A stretch of 64,000 nt of DNA, taken from NCBI GenBank assembly GCA_050295975.1, contig JBNKQR010000001.1, positions 17,335 to 81,334 on the forward strand. The letters are read 5' to 3'. Positions 53,367 to 62,098 of this stretch are shown piece by piece. Below the pieces are notes generated by a model. The model searched no databases and was not told the origin of the DNA. It was given only the letters and a program-made list of their open reading frames with translations. The position numbers and the translations under genes were made by a program. Source of the DNA: Thiohalomonadaceae bacterium. Its GTDB lineage: Bacteria; Pseudomonadota; Gammaproteobacteria; Thiohalomonadales; Thiohalomonadaceae. Position 1 is the first letter of the stretch. Every line of letters starts with the position of its first letter.

Positions 53367-54958
53367 GTAACTCAGTAGAACATTTCGATGTGGTCGTCGT
53401 CGGCAGCGGCTTTGGCGGTGCGGTAATGGCTTGCCGTCTGGCGGAACGGGGTGAGAAGGTGCTGCTACTGGAGCGAGGCCGTCGCTGGCAGCCAGAAGAT
53501 TATCCCAGAGATCCCGGCGATGCCTGGGTCTGGGACGGAAATCATCCACAATATTTTAACGGCTGGATCGACATCAATTTTCTCGACGACATGGCAGTAG
53601 CCCGTGGCGCTGGGGTTGGCGGTGGTTCGTTGATCTATGCCAGCGTCTTCATTGTTCCGCCAAAGGAGCGTTTTGATCAGGGCTGGCCGTCGGCGATCAA
53701 GTTCGATGAACTTCAGCCCTACTACCAGCGTACAGGCGAGATGCTGGGGGTGCAGACGGTACCGCAGAATCAACTCACCCGTCGTCACCACCTGATGCAC
53801 GAGGCGGCAGAGAAGAACGGTTTTGGTGATCGCTTCCAGCAAGTTGAGCTGGCGGTGACCTTCAATCCGGAGTGGCACTACGGTCTGGATGACCCGTTTA
53901 ACGACAATAAATCCAAAACCTGGACCAACCCCCAGGGGCAGCAGCAGGGCACCTGTGTCCACTGCGCCAACTGTGATGCGGGTTGTCAGGTCAAGGCGAA
54001 GAACACCCTCGATCTTAACTACATCCCCCTGGCAGAGAAGCATGGTGCCGAGGTGCGTCCCTTGCATCTGGTACGCAAGCTCACCCCGCTGGATGAGGGC
54101 TATCGAGTCGATTTTGATCGTATCGAAGAGGGCAAACTGCATAAGGGTGCGGTAACCGCGAAACGGGTAGTCCTCTCAGCCGGTTCTATGGGTTCAACGG
54201 AGCTGTTACTGCGCTGCCGCGATCAGTATAAGACCCTGCCCAAACTGAGTAAGAAACTGGGCCACGGCTGGAGTCCCAATGGTGACTTCGTTACCCCTTC
54301 GGTACACAAGCGCGAAGTTTCTGCCAGCCAGGGACCGACCATCAGCAGTTCCATTGACCTGCTTGATGGCAAGTACAAGGGCGCCAAGCTGTTCATCGAG
54401 GATGGCGGCTTTCCTGATCTCCTCGGCAACTATCTGGAGCAACACCTCAAGAAGCATCGCTGGTGGCCGTTCCGCTCTCACTTCGGCCTGGTGTTCAACG
54501 CCCTCGCACGTCGGGTCCGTGCCCGTGATCCAATGGAGCATGTGATGCTCTGGTTCGGACAGGCGGTGGATGCCGCCGATGGCCGCTTTTATCTGGGGCG
54601 CCCCTGGTACGCCCCGTGGCGTAAGGTGATGAAGCTGGACTGGGAGATCGATCGCTCAGAGGCAACCATGGAGGCGATGGCCGACATGCACCGCGATTTG
54701 AGTCATGCCATCGACGGTGTTCCGTTCATTCCGCCAACATGGACCCTGCTGAAGAATTTGATTACCCCTCATCCGCTTGGGGGGTGCAACATGGGGGAAA
54801 GTATCGAAGATGGTGTAGTGGACCATCTGGGCGAGGTCTTTGGCTATCCCGGCCTCTATGTGGTCGACAGTGCCATCCTGCCTCTGGCGTTGGGAATGAA
54901 TCCGTCACGCACCATAGCCGCTCTGGCCGAACGTAGTGCGGAGAAGATGTCGCTATAA
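53363..54958 (+). CDS. GMC-family flavin oxidoreductase (cholesterol-oxidase-like)
   Basis: Trimmed to ATG 53363. FAD motif FDVVVVGSGFGGAVMACRLAE. C-terminal GMC motif (HPLGGCNMG...LYVVDSAILP). Confidence 0.88.
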   Translation: MSNSVEHFDVVVVGSGFGGAVMACRLAERGEKVLLLERGRRWQPEDYPRDPGDAWVWDGNHPQYFNGWIDINFLDDMAVARGAGVGGGSLIYASVFIVPPKERFDQGWPSAIKFDELQPYYQRTGEMLGVQTVPQNQLTRRHHLMHEAAEKNGFGDRFQQVELAVTFNPEWHYGLDDPFNDNKSKTWTNPQGQQQGTCVHCANCDAGCQVKAKNTLDLNYIPLAEKHGAEVRPLHLVRKLTPLDEGYRVDFDRIEEGKLHKGAVTAKRVVLSAGSMGSTELLLRCRDQYKTLPKLSKKLGHGWSPNGDFVTPSVHKREVSASQGPTISSSIDLLDGKYKGAKLFIEDGGFPDLLGNYLEQHLKKHRWWPFRSHFGLVFNALARRVRARDPMEHVMLWFGQAVDAADGRFYLGRPWYAPWRKVMKLDWEIDRSEATMEAMADMHRDLSHAIDGVPFIPPTWTLLKNLITPHPLGGCNMGESIEDGVVDHLGEVFGYPGLYVVDSAILPLALGMNPSRTIAALAERSAEKMSL

Positions 54959-55041
54959 CCTGAACCACTGCCCTGCGTCGTGGTCACATTGCCAACGAAA
55001 TAACTGGTCAGAGCCGAAATGGCGGGACTAATATTGGCAAT

Positions 55042-55386
55042 ATGAAACGCGGCATACACAAACTACTCACCCTTTTGCTGCTACTGGGCTTTGCTTCCCA
55101 GCCACTGCTGCTGCAGGCGCGAGCCATCACCCACGCAACCCCGCCATGCCCAATGCAGATGCAGCAGCAGATGCAGCATCACGACATGGCACAGAAGGGT
55201 GATTGTGCTAATCACATGGCCTGTGCCGATTGCGAGCTCTGCGGTCAAAGTGCCGGTAGTATGCTTGCCCCCCTTTCATCAACGAATGTTACTGCCTATG
55301 GTGGTGTCGCGGTGCTCGATACCTATCGCGGCGCCTTTGCCTCCATTGCCCTTCCTGTCGACTCACCCCCTCCCCGAACCCTCTGA
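55042..55386 (+). CDS. small secreted Cys/His/Met-rich protein (possibly DUF2946-like metal-binding)
   Basis: Signal peptide, MQMQQQMQHHDM tract and CANHMACADCELC cluster. The C-terminal PPPR tail resembles DUF2946 proteins as I recall them. Confidence 0.5.
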   Translation: MKRGIHKLLTLLLLLGFASQPLLLQARAITHATPPCPMQMQQQMQHHDMAQKGDCANHMACADCELCGQSAGSMLAPLSSTNVTAYGGVAVLDTYRGAFASIALPVDSPPPRTL

Positions 55387-55490
55387 TCCCATCATATGAA
55401 ATAAGGCAGGGGACGGATTAAGCCGTTGTCTGCCCAGTCTATATGGCTGTGCTGTTGGAATGAGGCACAGTGTTATTGAGGATCGAGTAA

Positions 55491-55940
55491 ATGAAAAAAA
55501 TCATGCTTACCGTGCTGGCCCTGTTTCTGGCCGCCTGTGGCGAGAACGGTGGTAATGGAGCTTCGACGTCTGGAGCCGATGGAGTTCGACAGATGGATTT
55601 TGCCCAGGTCAGTCAGGGGGCGCGGCTATACCAGAAGAATTGCGCCGAGTGTCATGGCACCAGTGGTCAGGGTGACCCCAACTGGCGTCAACGGGATGCG
55701 GATGGGATGTTCCCGCCGCCACCGCTAAATGGTACCGGTCACACCTGGCATCACCCCAAGGAGGTTCTGCTGGATGTGATCCTTCACGGCAGTCCCAAGG
55801 GTATGGGCAAGATGCCCGCCTGGCGTGAGAAGTTAAGCGATGAGGAGATCGCGGCGATTATCGCCTGGTTCCAGTCGCGCTGGCCGGATCAGGTCTACAG
55901 TGCCTGGTATCGGATGGACCGCAAAGCCAGCGGCGGGTGA
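55491..55940 (+). CDS. monohaem c-type cytochrome lipoprotein
   Basis: Lipobox LAAC, CAECH haem site and a downstream Met ligand region (GMGKMP). Confidence 0.8.
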   Translation: MKKIMLTVLALFLAACGENGGNGASTSGADGVRQMDFAQVSQGARLYQKNCAECHGTSGQGDPNWRQRDADGMFPPPPLNGTGHTWHHPKEVLLDVILHGSPKGMGKMPAWREKLSDEEIAAIIAWFQSRWPDQVYSAWYRMDRKASGG

Positions 55941-55982
55941 GGAAGGTGGCACCGGCGGTCTGAGACCGCCGGGAGGCCATGA

Positions 55983-56948
55983 CTATTCTGCGAGGTTATC
56001 GCCCTTTTTCGATAGTACCTTGTGCAACATGTTGGACAGTTCCTGCGGGTCGAATTTGGCCACGTAGGCGTCGGCACCGACCTTCTGTCCAATGGTTACG
56101 TTGGCATCGGCAGAGAGGGAGGAGTGCATGATCACAGGTACACCTGCGAAACGCTTGTCATCCTTGATTTTGCGAGTAAGTACGTAACCATCCATGCCCG
56201 GCATCTCCACATCGGTGAGTACCGCATCAACCATTTCGTAGACTGGCATGTGGCTGGCCTCGGCGCGGTCTGCCAACTCTTTAAGCTTGGCCCACGCCTC
56301 CTCGCCGTTTTTCGCCTGAATGTGTTTAATGCCCAGGTGATCCAGCGTGGCGGCGATCTGCTTTCGTGCCACCACCGAGTCATCGGCAAACAAAATGGTG
56401 GCCTGTCGGTCCAACTGCTGTATCCCTGAGAAGAGGGTTGGATCGTCATCCAGCCCACCAGTCTCAGCCAGCACCTTCTCCACATCAATAATCATTACGA
56501 TGCGCCCGTCTTCCAGTTCAGTGACGGCAGTGATCAGGCCGCCGTGGCGGTTAGCCATCATCTGCGGGGGCACCTTGATATCGGCCCAGGCCATACGCAT
56601 GATCTGCTCTACCGAGGAGACCATAAATCCATGGGTGCTGCGGTTATATTCGGTGACGATGAGGATCTTCGGTTCGACCTCAGTCTCCACATCGCAGAAC
56701 TTGGCCAGGTTGATAATGGGGATCATGTTGCCGCGCAGGCTAACCATTCCTTCTACACCCTCTGGCATATCCGGTGCGTGGGTGACCTCCGGCATGGTGA
56801 TCACCTCGCGGATCTTGAATACATTCAGGCCAAAGACCTCTTCGCGCCCCGTGTGAAGATCCTTGCCCAGACTAAAGAGCAGGATCTCCAGTCGGTTGGC
56901 TCCGGCCAGTTGGGTGCGTTCGTCCACAGACTGCATTATTGAGGTCAT
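55983..56948 (-). CDS. cheV: chemotaxis protein CheV (CheW-REC fusion)
   Basis: N-terminal CheW domain (LEILLFSLG...FGLNVFKIREV) and C-terminal REC domain (LTDVEMPGMDG). Confidence 0.9.
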   Translation of the reverse strand: MTSIMQSVDERTQLAGANRLEILLFSLGKDLHTGREEVFGLNVFKIREVITMPEVTHAPDMPEGVEGMVSLRGNMIPIINLAKFCDVETEVEPKILIVTEYNRSTHGFMVSSVEQIMRMAWADIKVPPQMMANRHGGLITAVTELEDGRIVMIIDVEKVLAETGGLDDDPTLFSGIQQLDRQATILFADDSVVARKQIAATLDHLGIKHIQAKNGEEAWAKLKELADRAEASHMPVYEMVDAVLTDVEMPGMDGYVLTRKIKDDKRFAGVPVIMHSSLSADANVTIGQKVGADAYVAKFDPQELSNMLHKVLSKKGDNLAE

Positions 56949-57087
56949 GTGCTGTTACCTTGTGCGTTGACTCGTTTGTTCAACCTCAAGTATCGGCAGG
57001 GGACGCAAAATATCAAGCTGAGGCCTGAATGGTGGGTCAATCAAGGCGCAGAATGCTATAAAGGGCTGCAAATGAACGAGGTGAACC

Positions 57088-57975
57088 ATGCATAACGACT
57101 CCCCCTACCTGCTGGGTAACGAAACGGCCTACCTGAAGTGGCGTGAAGCCAAGTTGGCTGACTATCCCACCGATGCGGCGGCATTGATTGTGGCACTGGC
57201 CGATGCCCCCAATCTCAGCGATGGGGAGTATGAACAGCTCCTGACCCTGCTGCGCAAGACCAATATGGCGATCTATCGTACCCATCGTGGCGGTGACCCG
57301 GACAAGGGCCTCTCCAGTGGCCTGGCGAAGCGCTTTGGTCTGACTCACATCGACAGCAATCTGCTGGCTGATGATGACGGCCTTACCTCAATAACCGTCA
57401 ATCCGGAAGGGGATCACCCCAAATACATCCCCTACACCAATCGCCCGATCAACTGGCACTGCGACGGCTACTACAACACCGGAGAGAAACAGATCCGCGG
57501 CATGGTGCTGCACTGCGTGAACCCGGCGGCGGAGGGGGGAGAGAATCAGCTGCTGGACCACGAGATCGCCTACCTGCTGCTGCGTGATGCCAACCCAGAT
57601 CACATTCAGGCCCTGATGCAGCCAGATGTCATGACGATCCCGCCCGGACTTGATGGTGAGGGGAATGAACGAGGCCCATCCATCGGTCCGGTCTTTTCTA
57701 TTCAGGCGGATGGTTCGTTGCACATGCGTTACACCGCACGTAAGCGCAACATTGAATGGAAGAGTGATTCAGCGACCACCGAGGCGCTGGCGGCGCTGGA
57801 GAAGATACTTAATGGTGAGGACCATCCCTATCTGTTCCGTGCCCGTCTCGAAGCGGGAATGGGCCTGATCTGCAACAATGTGCTGCACACCCGGGATGGT
57901 TTTAACGATCGGCCCAACACATCGCGAAGGCTGCTCTACCGGGCGCGTTATTTCGATCGAATCAGCGGAACCTGA
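57088..57975 (+). CDS. TauD/TfdA-family Fe(II)/2-oxoglutarate dioxygenase
   Basis: HxD facial triad (WHCDG), distal His (NNVLHTRDGF) and a C-terminal Arg. Confidence 0.75.
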   Translation: MHNDSPYLLGNETAYLKWREAKLADYPTDAAALIVALADAPNLSDGEYEQLLTLLRKTNMAIYRTHRGGDPDKGLSSGLAKRFGLTHIDSNLLADDDGLTSITVNPEGDHPKYIPYTNRPINWHCDGYYNTGEKQIRGMVLHCVNPAAEGGENQLLDHEIAYLLLRDANPDHIQALMQPDVMTIPPGLDGEGNERGPSIGPVFSIQADGSLHMRYTARKRNIEWKSDSATTEALAALEKILNGEDHPYLFRARLEAGMGLICNNVLHTRDGFNDRPNTSRRLLYRARYFDRISGT

Positions 57976-57978
57976 TTC

Positions 57979-59142
57979 TTACGCCGTCATCGCCTTGGGG
58001 TCTTGGCCGGTGAGCAGGTAGGTCAGCAGGTCATGCACAGAACGCATTTGATCGCCGAAAGGCAGTGTCTCGGAACCTCGGAAGAACAGTCCCTTCTCCA
58101 GATTCCCCATCACCGCAGCTTCCAGTTGGGTGTCGATACAGAACTGCCCTGAGCTCGAGTCTCCGTCTTTAAGACCGCAATAGGTCAGACACTCGAAGGA
58201 GACGGCACAGCAGCCCTTCTCCGGAGTGGCACGGGAGCGAACTCGCTCCTCACGTTCCAGGTATTTCTTCAGCCAGGGTGTGAGTACAGCGCGGGCAGGT
58301 AGGCCGGCGGTGCTCATGAAGGTGACGATGTCCTCCGGTTTGGCTTCCAGCAGCACCTTTTTGAAGTTGATGTGGGCATCGCCCTCTTCAGCTACAGCGA
58401 AGGGACTACCGATCTGCACACCGGATGCGCCCATGTGGAACAGCTCCTTGATCTTCTCAAAGGAGTTAATGCCGCCCGCGGGTAACAGCGGGATCGGGTC
58501 GATCTTGAGCTGCTCGAATATCTTGGGGATCTCGGCCAGGATACGTTTGAAATCGAAGCGCTCGTTGTTGATGTCAGCAGGATTCGGCGCACCAAGGTGG
58601 CCGCCCGCATAACGAGGATGCTCCAGTACAATCGCTTCAGGCAGTACGCCTTTGCGCATCCAGCGCTTAAGCACAGCACGTACCCCGCGCTCCTCGGAGA
58701 GGATAGGCAGCAGGTGAACGTCTGGATACTCTTTGGTCAGTTCCGGCAGCTCGAAGGGCAGTCCGGCACCCATGATAATGGCGTTGGCGCCGCTGGCGCA
58801 GGCCTGTTTCACCATCTCGGGGAAGCGGTCAATAGCGCGCATCACATTGACCGCAATGTAACCTTCCGGGCCGGCAACATCGCGGGCCGATTTAATTTCA
58901 CGATCCAGCGCCTCAAGATTGGCGTCGTCGATCAGCTTGCGATCCTTGGTGCGATGGGTTCTTTCCATCAAATCCGGATGGTGTACGCGCAGATCGATGC
59001 TGGCGATGGTGCCAACCGCGCCCTCTTTGGCAACGGCACCAGCCAGCTTGTGTGCAGAGACTCCAACCCCCATACCTCCTTGAATAACGGGTAGTACCTC
59101 GCGGTCGCGTAGTTTCAGTAGCGGCAGTGGGGTTTTTATCAT
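57979..59142 (-). CDS. nitronate monooxygenase (NMO/2-nitropropane dioxygenase) family FMN protein
   Basis: IQGGMGVGVS N-terminal motif, TIM-barrel pattern, 387 aa. Confidence 0.85.
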   Translation of the reverse strand: MIKTPLPLLKLRDREVLPVIQGGMGVGVSAHKLAGAVAKEGAVGTIASIDLRVHHPDLMERTHRTKDRKLIDDANLEALDREIKSARDVAGPEGYIAVNVMRAIDRFPEMVKQACASGANAIIMGAGLPFELPELTKEYPDVHLLPILSEERGVRAVLKRWMRKGVLPEAIVLEHPRYAGGHLGAPNPADINNERFDFKRILAEIPKIFEQLKIDPIPLLPAGGINSFEKIKELFHMGASGVQIGSPFAVAEEGDAHINFKKVLLEAKPEDIVTFMSTAGLPARAVLTPWLKKYLEREERVRSRATPEKGCCAVSFECLTYCGLKDGDSSSGQFCIDTQLEAAVMGNLEKGLFFRGSETLPFGDQMRSVHDLLTYLLTGQDPKAMTA

Positions 59143-59200
59143 TCTTCACCTACGGATTATTTGATGCGCAAAGTCGCGTATCATACAGGAAGCTATCGGA

Positions 59201-59214
59201 TTGATCCGCATCAT
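59201..59214. promoter_or_regulatory. FNR/CRP-type box TTGAT-CCGC-ATCAT
   Basis: 9 of 10 matches to TTGAT-N4-ATCAA. The centre lies about 60 nt upstream of the rSAM ATG (59268). A TAAAAA -10-like hexamer at 59234-59239 fits a class II geometry. The box also lies upstream of the divergent NMO gene. Confidence 0.45.
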
Positions 59215-59267
59215 AATGATGCAGAAAACCGTCTAAAAACATACAACAGTCGTAAACAGGAATCACC

Positions 59268-59897
59268 ATGCAGTCAGCAGCCACCACTGACGACAAATTC
59301 GCCGACATCATAGCATACCCCCTACACGGGAATTGCTATCTGAATATCACCAGCCAATGCACACTACGTTGTGCCTTTTGCCCGAAATACAACCGTAGCT
59401 GGGAGGTTCAGAGCTACGATCTGCGCCTGCACCACGAGCCGACGGTGGACGAGGTACTGGCGGCGATTGGCGATCCGGGCCAGTTCAAAGAGGTCGTCTT
59501 CTGCGGTCTGGGCGAACCGACCGTGCGCATCGACGCGCTGCTGGAGATCGCCGCACGCCTGAAACAGCAGGGTGTCCGAATTCGGGTCAACACCGATGGC
59601 CTGGTTAATTTGCGTGAAGGGCGGGATGTGACCCCTGAACTGGCCGAGGTGGTGGATAGCCTCTCCATCTCCATGAATGCCCAGGATGAGGAGACCTATA
59701 TCAAGCACACCCGGCCCAAGCTCGACGGCGCCTATGCGGCGATGCAGGAGTTTGCCCGCCTGGCCCATGAGCGCGGCATTGAGGTCAGTCTGACCGCCAT
59801 CGACGGTCTGGAGGGGGTGGATATCCCAGCCTGCGAGGCCATCGCCAAATCCCTCGGCGTGAATTTCCGCCGTCGTGTTCTTGATAATGTAGGATGA
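59268..59897 (+). CDS. small radical SAM protein (resembles the TatD-associated rSAM family)
   Basis: CTLRCAFC (Cx3Cx2C) near the N-terminus and GLGEPT motif. 209 aa. Confidence 0.8.
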   Translation: MQSAATTDDKFADIIAYPLHGNCYLNITSQCTLRCAFCPKYNRSWEVQSYDLRLHHEPTVDEVLAAIGDPGQFKEVVFCGLGEPTVRIDALLEIAARLKQQGVRIRVNTDGLVNLREGRDVTPELAEVVDSLSISMNAQDEETYIKHTRPKLDGAYAAMQEFARLAHERGIEVSLTAIDGLEGVDIPACEAIAKSLGVNFRRRVLDNVG

Positions 59898-59901
59898 GCC
59901 G

Positions 59902-60846
59902 ATGGCATTAAGCGATTACATCAACACCTTCGGTCAGGACCTGCTGCGACGCTACGGCGAGCGGGTGCACAAGCTCTCCATCCACGCTGGATTCACCTGT
60001 CCTAACCGTGACGGCACCAAGGCGGTGGGTGGCTGCACCTTCTGCAATAACAGCTCCTTCAGCCCCAATGCGCGGCAGGACCCCAATGTGGTGGCCCAGC
60101 TCGACGCCGGGCGCAAGGTGCTGGCCAAACGTACCGGGGCGAAGAAATTCCTCGCCTACTTCCAGGCCTACACCAACACCTACGATGATCCGGCGCGGCT
60201 CAAGCAGCTCTACGACAGCGCCCTGACCGAGCCGGACGTGGTCGGTCTCTCCATCGGCACCCGACCCGACTGCGTGCCCCCGGCGGTGCTCGACCTGCTA
60301 GCTGGTTATCGGGATCAGGGCTACGAGGTTCATCTGGAGCTGGGTCTGCAATCCTGCTTCGACCGCACCCTGGAGAGGGTCAATCGCGGCCACACCTTCG
60401 ACGAATACCGTGAGGCAGTGACCGCGGCCCATGAGCGCGACCTGCCGGTCTGCACCCATCTCATCGTCGGTCTTCCGGGTGAGGAGAAGGCGCACAACCT
60501 GATCTCGCTGGAGCGGGTGCTGGAGCTGGGCGTGGAAGGGCTCAAGCTCCATCCGCTGCATGTGGTAAAGGGCACCATGCTCGCCAACCAGTGGCGGCGC
60601 GGCGAATACCAGCCCTGGAGCATGCAGGAATATGTACAGACCGTGGCCGACATGGTTGAGCAGACCCCAGCCGAAGTCCTCTACCACCGCCTGACGGGAA
60701 CCGCCGGGGATGATATTCTTCTCGCCCCGGGCTGGTGTAACTGGAAGTGGCGGGTACTTAACGCCATCGAACGTGAACTGGCCCGCCGCGGCAGCCGCCA
60801 GGGTATGCCCGGAGTCGTCGGCACCGAGCGTGCGGCGAAGGCGTAA
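59902..60846 (+). CDS. yhcC: TIGR01212/YhcC-family radical SAM protein
   Basis: Collinear with E. coli YhcC as recalled (GFTCPNRDGT..GGCTFCNN, YFQAYTNTY, GTRPDC, LELGLQ, LKLHPLH). Confidence 0.85.
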   Translation: MALSDYINTFGQDLLRRYGERVHKLSIHAGFTCPNRDGTKAVGGCTFCNNSSFSPNARQDPNVVAQLDAGRKVLAKRTGAKKFLAYFQAYTNTYDDPARLKQLYDSALTEPDVVGLSIGTRPDCVPPAVLDLLAGYRDQGYEVHLELGLQSCFDRTLERVNRGHTFDEYREAVTAAHERDLPVCTHLIVGLPGEEKAHNLISLERVLELGVEGLKLHPLHVVKGTMLANQWRRGEYQPWSMQEYVQTVADMVEQTPAEVLYHRLTGTAGDDILLAPGWCNWKWRVLNAIERELARRGSRQGMPGVVGTERAAKA

Positions 60847-60870
60847 AAGTTCTGTTTTGAGGTTCTGAAC

Positions 60871-61878
60871 ATGGCTAAAAAGGTTGAACTGGTCTGCCCC
60901 GCAGGCTCACTGCCAGCGCTGAAGCAGGCGGTGGATAATGGTGCCGATGCGGTTTACATGGGTTTCCGTGACGCCACCAACGCACGTAATTTCCCCGGTC
61001 TGAATTTCGACGAAAAGGCCGCCCGTCAGGGTATCGAATATGCCCACAGCCGTGGCCGCAAGGTACTACTGGCGCTCAACACCTATCCGCAGCCGCAAAC
61101 CTGGCCGATCTGGACCAAAGCGGTCGACATGGCCGCTGAGCTGGGCGTCGATGCGCTGATCCTCGCCGACGTCGGCCTGATGCGTTACGCCACCAACACC
61201 CATCCCAATCTTCGTCTGCATCTCTCGGTGCAAGGCTCGGCCACCAGCGGTGAGGCCATCGCCTTCTATAAAGAGCAGTTCAACATCCAGCGCGTGGTAT
61301 TGCCGCGGGTGCTCTCCCTCTCCCAGGTGAAGCGGGTGATCAACGACACCGATGTGGAGGTGGAAGTCTTCGGCTTCGGTTCCCTCTGCGTGATGGTGGA
61401 GGGGCGCTGCTATCTCTCCTCCTACGTCACCGGTGAATCGCCCAACACCAAAGGCGCCTGTTCCCCGGCCCACGCGGTACGTTGGTCGGAAACCCCACGT
61501 GGTCGCGAAGTGCATCTCGGCGGCGTGTTGATCGACAGTTACAAGGAAAACGAAAGCGCCGGTTATCCGGTGATCTGTAAGGGCCGCTTCCTGGTCAACG
61601 GTAAGCTCGACTACGCCATCGAAGAGCCGACCTCACTCTCCGTGCTCGATATCCTGCCGCAGCTACTCGAAGCGGGTATCTCGGCAATCAAGGTGGAAGG
61701 ACGTCAGCGTAGCCCCGCCTATGTGGGTCAGGTCACCCGGGTCATGCGCGAGGCGATCGATGCGGCGCAGGCCAATCCTGACGGCTATGCACCGCGCACC
61801 GACTGGGTGGCGCAACTGGACAAGGTCGCCGAAGGTAGTACCCACACATTGGGAGCATTGGAGCGACAATGGCAGTGA
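60871..61878 (+). CDS. ubiU: U32-family protein UbiU (O2-independent ubiquinone hydroxylation)
   Basis: Collinear with E. coli YhbU/UbiU as recalled (CPAG.LPALK, GSLC.M.EGRCYLSSY.TGESPNT.GACSP, KIEGRQRSPAYV). Confidence 0.85.
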   Translation: MAKKVELVCPAGSLPALKQAVDNGADAVYMGFRDATNARNFPGLNFDEKAARQGIEYAHSRGRKVLLALNTYPQPQTWPIWTKAVDMAAELGVDALILADVGLMRYATNTHPNLRLHLSVQGSATSGEAIAFYKEQFNIQRVVLPRVLSLSQVKRVINDTDVEVEVFGFGSLCVMVEGRCYLSSYVTGESPNTKGACSPAHAVRWSETPRGREVHLGGVLIDSYKENESAGYPVICKGRFLVNGKLDYAIEEPTSLSVLDILPQLLEAGISAIKVEGRQRSPAYVGQVTRVMREAIDAAQANPDGYAPRTDWVAQLDKVAEGSTHTLGALERQWQ

Positions 61879-61889
61879 AAAAAGCAATT

Positions 61890-62083
61890 CACCGCAAAGG
61901 CGCAGAGGGCGCAAAGAAAACCATTATTGTGTCGTCATTCCGGGCGGAGCGTAGCGTAGACCCGGAATCCAGAGATGCCATTAGCACCGCTTTATCGGGG
62001 TTTGGTCAGTACCGAAGCAATAAGCCCGAATACGTGTGCGCACATATTTCGTCTTTCTTTGCGCCCTCTGCGTCTTTGCGGTG
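61890..62083. mobile_element. MITE-like non-autonomous element with 30-nt terminal inverted repeats
   Basis: Left arm CACCGCAAAGGCGCAGAGGGCGCAAAGAAA (61890-61919). Right arm TTTCTTTGCGCCCTCTGCGTCTTTGCGGTG (62054-62083). 29 of 30 positions are complementary. An internal stem ATTCCGGG...CCCGGAAT is present. There is no transposase. Confidence 0.65.
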
Positions 62084-62098
62084 ATAAGGGGTTAATAA

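Noticed and set aside
61869-62084. 71-aa ORF (MAVKKAIHRKGAEGAKK...)
   Set aside because: It is a translation of the MITE-like palindromic element. Both inverted arms lie inside it, and there is no SD.
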